A DNA stretch of 64,000 bases, from the NCBI GenBank assembly GCA_038087875.1, contig CM075978.1, positions 186,248,001 to 186,312,000 on the forward strand, in the 5' to 3' direction. Positions 62,898 through 64,000 of the stretch are shown piece by piece. The stretch is from Malacoraja senta (Eukaryota). The notes beneath the pieces are model-generated. The model was not told where the DNA came from. It saw only the letters and a list, made by a program, of their open reading frames with translations, and made no database searches. The position numbers and the translations under genes are program-made. The number at the start of each line of letters is the position of its first letter. Position 1 is the first letter of the stretch.

Positions 62898-63261
62898 TAA
62901 TATACAATAAATTATCAGTTATTAAGTAGTAATCAGACCATGATAGTGCAAAAACCAAAGTACGTAGAATAACCATAGTAGTGCAGTTTGTGGTGGTTCA
63001 GTGATAAGGTGTGGGTTGGTGTTGTGCACGGTGGTTCAGGAAACTGATGTTTGATGAAGAAACTGTACTTGAAACTGGAGGCCACTTTCTTCCCAAAGAT
63101 AGCAGCAAATAGACGGCATGGCCAGCATGGTGTGGGTCATTGTAGGCGGTACTTCCTGTGGATCCTTCCTGCGGTGGGGAGACCAGGACTCATGATGGAC
63201 CAAGCCATGATAGTTTTAACGTGTAGTCATCCAGCAGTTTGTGCTAAAGAAGAGAAAATAT

Positions 63262-64000
63262 ACATAGATACATAGATACATAGAAAAGAGGTGCAGGAGT
63301 AGACCATTCGGCCCTTCGAGCCTGCACCGCCATTCAATATGATCATGGCTGATCATCCAACTCAGTATCCCGTACCTGCCATCTCTCCATACCCCCTGAT
63401 CCCTTTAGCCACAAGGGCCACATCTAACTCCCTCTTAAATATAGCCAATGAACTGGCTTCAACTACCCTCTGTGGCAGAGAGTTCCAGAGATTCACCACT
63501 CTCTGTGTGAAAAAGTTTTTTCTCATCTCGGTCTTAAAGGATTTCCCCCTTATCCTTAAGCTGTGACCCCGTGTTCTGGACTTCCCCAACATCGGGAACA
63601 ATCTTCCTGCATCTAGCCTGTCCAACCCCATAAGAATTTTGTACGTTTCTATAAGATCCCCGCTCAATCTCCTAAATTCTAGCGAGTATAAGCCGAGTCT
63701 ATCCAGTCTTTCTTCATATGAAAGTCCTGACATCCCAGGAATCAGTCTGGTGAACCTTCTCTGCACTCCCTCTATGGCTATAATGTCCTTCCTCAGATTT
63801 GGAGACCAAAACTGTACGCAATACTCCAGGTGTGGTCTCACCAAGACCCTGTACAACTGCAGTAGAACCTCCCTGCTCCTATACTCAAATCCTTTTGCTA
63901 TGAAAGCTAACATACCATTCGCTTTCTTCACTGCCTGCTGCACCTGCATGCCTACTTTCAATGACTGGTGTACCATGACACCCAGGTCTCGCTGCATCTC
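63262..64000 (-). mobile_element. Young CR1 LINE 3' end (continues beyond window)
   Basis: Open ORF MQRDLGVMVHQSLKV..GYGEMAGTGY; (CATAGATA)n tail. Confidence 0.95.

Larger units (their letters stand above)
6711..64000 (+). other. RANBP10: RANBP10 intron 3 (presumed; exon 4 not found in window)
   Basis: Expected next peptide GWDKHSYGYHGDDG was not seen by eye or in the ORF track; region is repeat-dominated. Confidence 0.65.

Overview
Eukaryotic (vertebrate) genomic DNA. The repeat landscape (CR1 LINEs, Rex1/Babar, Penelope-like elements, V-SINE/HE1-like SINEs) suggests a cartilaginous fish such as a skate or ray; this is inference. The only clear host gene is the 5' part of RANBP10 (+ strand, coding exons 5600-5792, 6459-6570, 6658-6710, start of the SPRY domain). 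I did not find exon 4, so intron 3 appears to occupy the remaining ~57 kb, which includes a 200-N gap. The promoter looks bidirectional: two inverted ZNF143/THAP11-type ACTACAnnTCCC motifs, an RFX X-box, and a candidate divergent first exon (TSNAXIP1 expected from synteny). The rest is nested mobile DNA. Highlights: (1) three non-autonomous CAGGG-terminated hAT-like transposons with 7-, 5- and 8-bp TSDs, all carrying GC-rich gene- or promoter-like cargo, one encoding a TDP2-like UBA fragment (Pack-type capture); (2) many minimal hammerhead-ribozyme cores in Penelope-like terminal repeats, including a 2.4-kb head-to-head Penelope insertion with a 13-bp TSD; (3) a 3.15-kb invertebrate-like CR1-group LINE nested in a SINE; (4) Helitron-like elements with minisatellites and an 81-bp-arm palindrome at a Helitron end. 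All calls are by eye; no searches were run.
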